Of a stretch of 64,000 nucleotides of DNA, positions 63,130-64,000 are shown piece after piece (the first letter of the stretch is position 1; each line of letters opens with the position of its first letter). Origin of the DNA: Tubulanus polymorphus (lineage: Eukaryota; Animalia; Nemertea); assembly GCF_964204645.1 (NCBI RefSeq), contig NC_134033.1:5418231-5482230 (forward strand), written 5' to 3'. The notes beneath the pieces are model-generated. The model had not been told where the DNA came from. It saw only the letters and a program-made list of their open reading frames with translations, and made no database searches. Position numbers and translations under genes: made by a program.

Positions 63130-64000
63130 GTACAATGGAAATTCTACAAAATTTGGAAAAAAAATGAAAATCACGCACAGAAAATAATTGGAATAGTTTA
63201 CAAACCCCCAGCATCAAACACCCATCAATTTTTACAAGCTTTGGAAACGGAAATCGCTAAACTCAGTTCCTTGAATACAGATATCCTCATCTGTGGAGAC
63301 TTTAATATTGACCTGATAAAAACAAATCAAGAAAATTATAGCTCTCTTTTTTTCGAATTACTTAGCACAAACTCATTTACTCCACTCATTACCCTGCCAA
63401 CTAGAGTCACTCACCGAAGTGCCACTCTAATTGACAACATATTTACTAACTCACATAACTATTACTCGGGCATCCTTACAACACCACTCTCGGACCATTT
63501 TATCACTTTTGCGTGTAGTCACAGGACAAAACGAAAACCCAATAATAAACAAACATACACAAAAAATTTTATCAGTGAACAAGGATTTAACAATATATGT
63601 GATAAACTCAGCGATATTGACTTCCCAACACTCCTAAACAACAACCTTTCAATTAACGAAACATTCGAATCATTTTCAGCGACCTTAAGCACAATAATTA
63701 ATTCAGAAACCACTTCAAAAAAACTGAAACAAAACAAATACAACACACCAAGAAGCCCATGGATAACTAAAGGCATAATTCAATCGATCTACAACAAAGA
63801 TAAAAAATACATACACCTAATGTCTATAAAAAATGAAATCCTACGTGTTATCGAACTACACAACTTCAAAACATACAGAAACAAACTTAACTCAATCATT
63901 AGACTTTCCAAAAAACTTCACTACCAAAAATCCTTAAAAATAGCAAACGGCAACATAAAAGACACCTGGAAAATCCTGAGGGAAGTAATCGGGAAAACTA
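63130..64000 (+). mobile_element. CR1/L2-type LINE ORF2, AP-endonuclease region; continues past the right edge
   Basis: Hand translation gives IIGIVYKPP, ILICGDFNIDL, PTRVTHRSATLIDNIFTN, LSDHF and SPWITKGI. It is absent from the ORF track because it has no stop before the window end. Confidence 0.88.

Overview
Repeat-rich, intron-containing animal genomic DNA, probably from a lophotrochozoan-type invertebrate (inferred from the tim1-type timeless gene and the FMRFamide-receptor-like GPCR). It has no prokaryotic features and no CRISPR array. I assembled five genes by hand from GT-AG junctions and reading phase. (1) The 5' part of a timeless (tim1-type) clock gene on the minus strand, running off the left edge. 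(2) A complete CWC15 splicing-factor gene, head-to-head with timeless across a shared E-box/YY1-type promoter at about 10 kb. (3) An unrecognised secreted polyprotein of about 1,090 aa (minus, 22.6-32.8 kb): four exon-duplicated modules of about 55 aa, Gly-rich tracts including about 25 GGDNGGF repeats, furin/amidation-type sites and a helical C-terminal domain. (4) A 608-aa secreted protein with signal peptide, PAN/apple domain, (EPTTTT)n mucin tract and hemopexin-like domain, a lubricin-like layout. (5) An intronless rhodopsin-class GPCR with duplicated and decayed relics. Mobile DNA includes an intact Penelope-like retroelement (RT + GIY-YIG, inverted pseudo-LTR, hammerhead ribozyme), about 10 intact or decayed minimal hammerhead motifs, LINE fragments, MITEs, a Helentron/DINE-like element and many minisatellites. 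There is also a 150-bp hairpin next to an AT-rich zinc-finger ORF that looks like the end of a linear DNA virus or Polinton-like element. All homology calls come from motif recognition; no database search was run.
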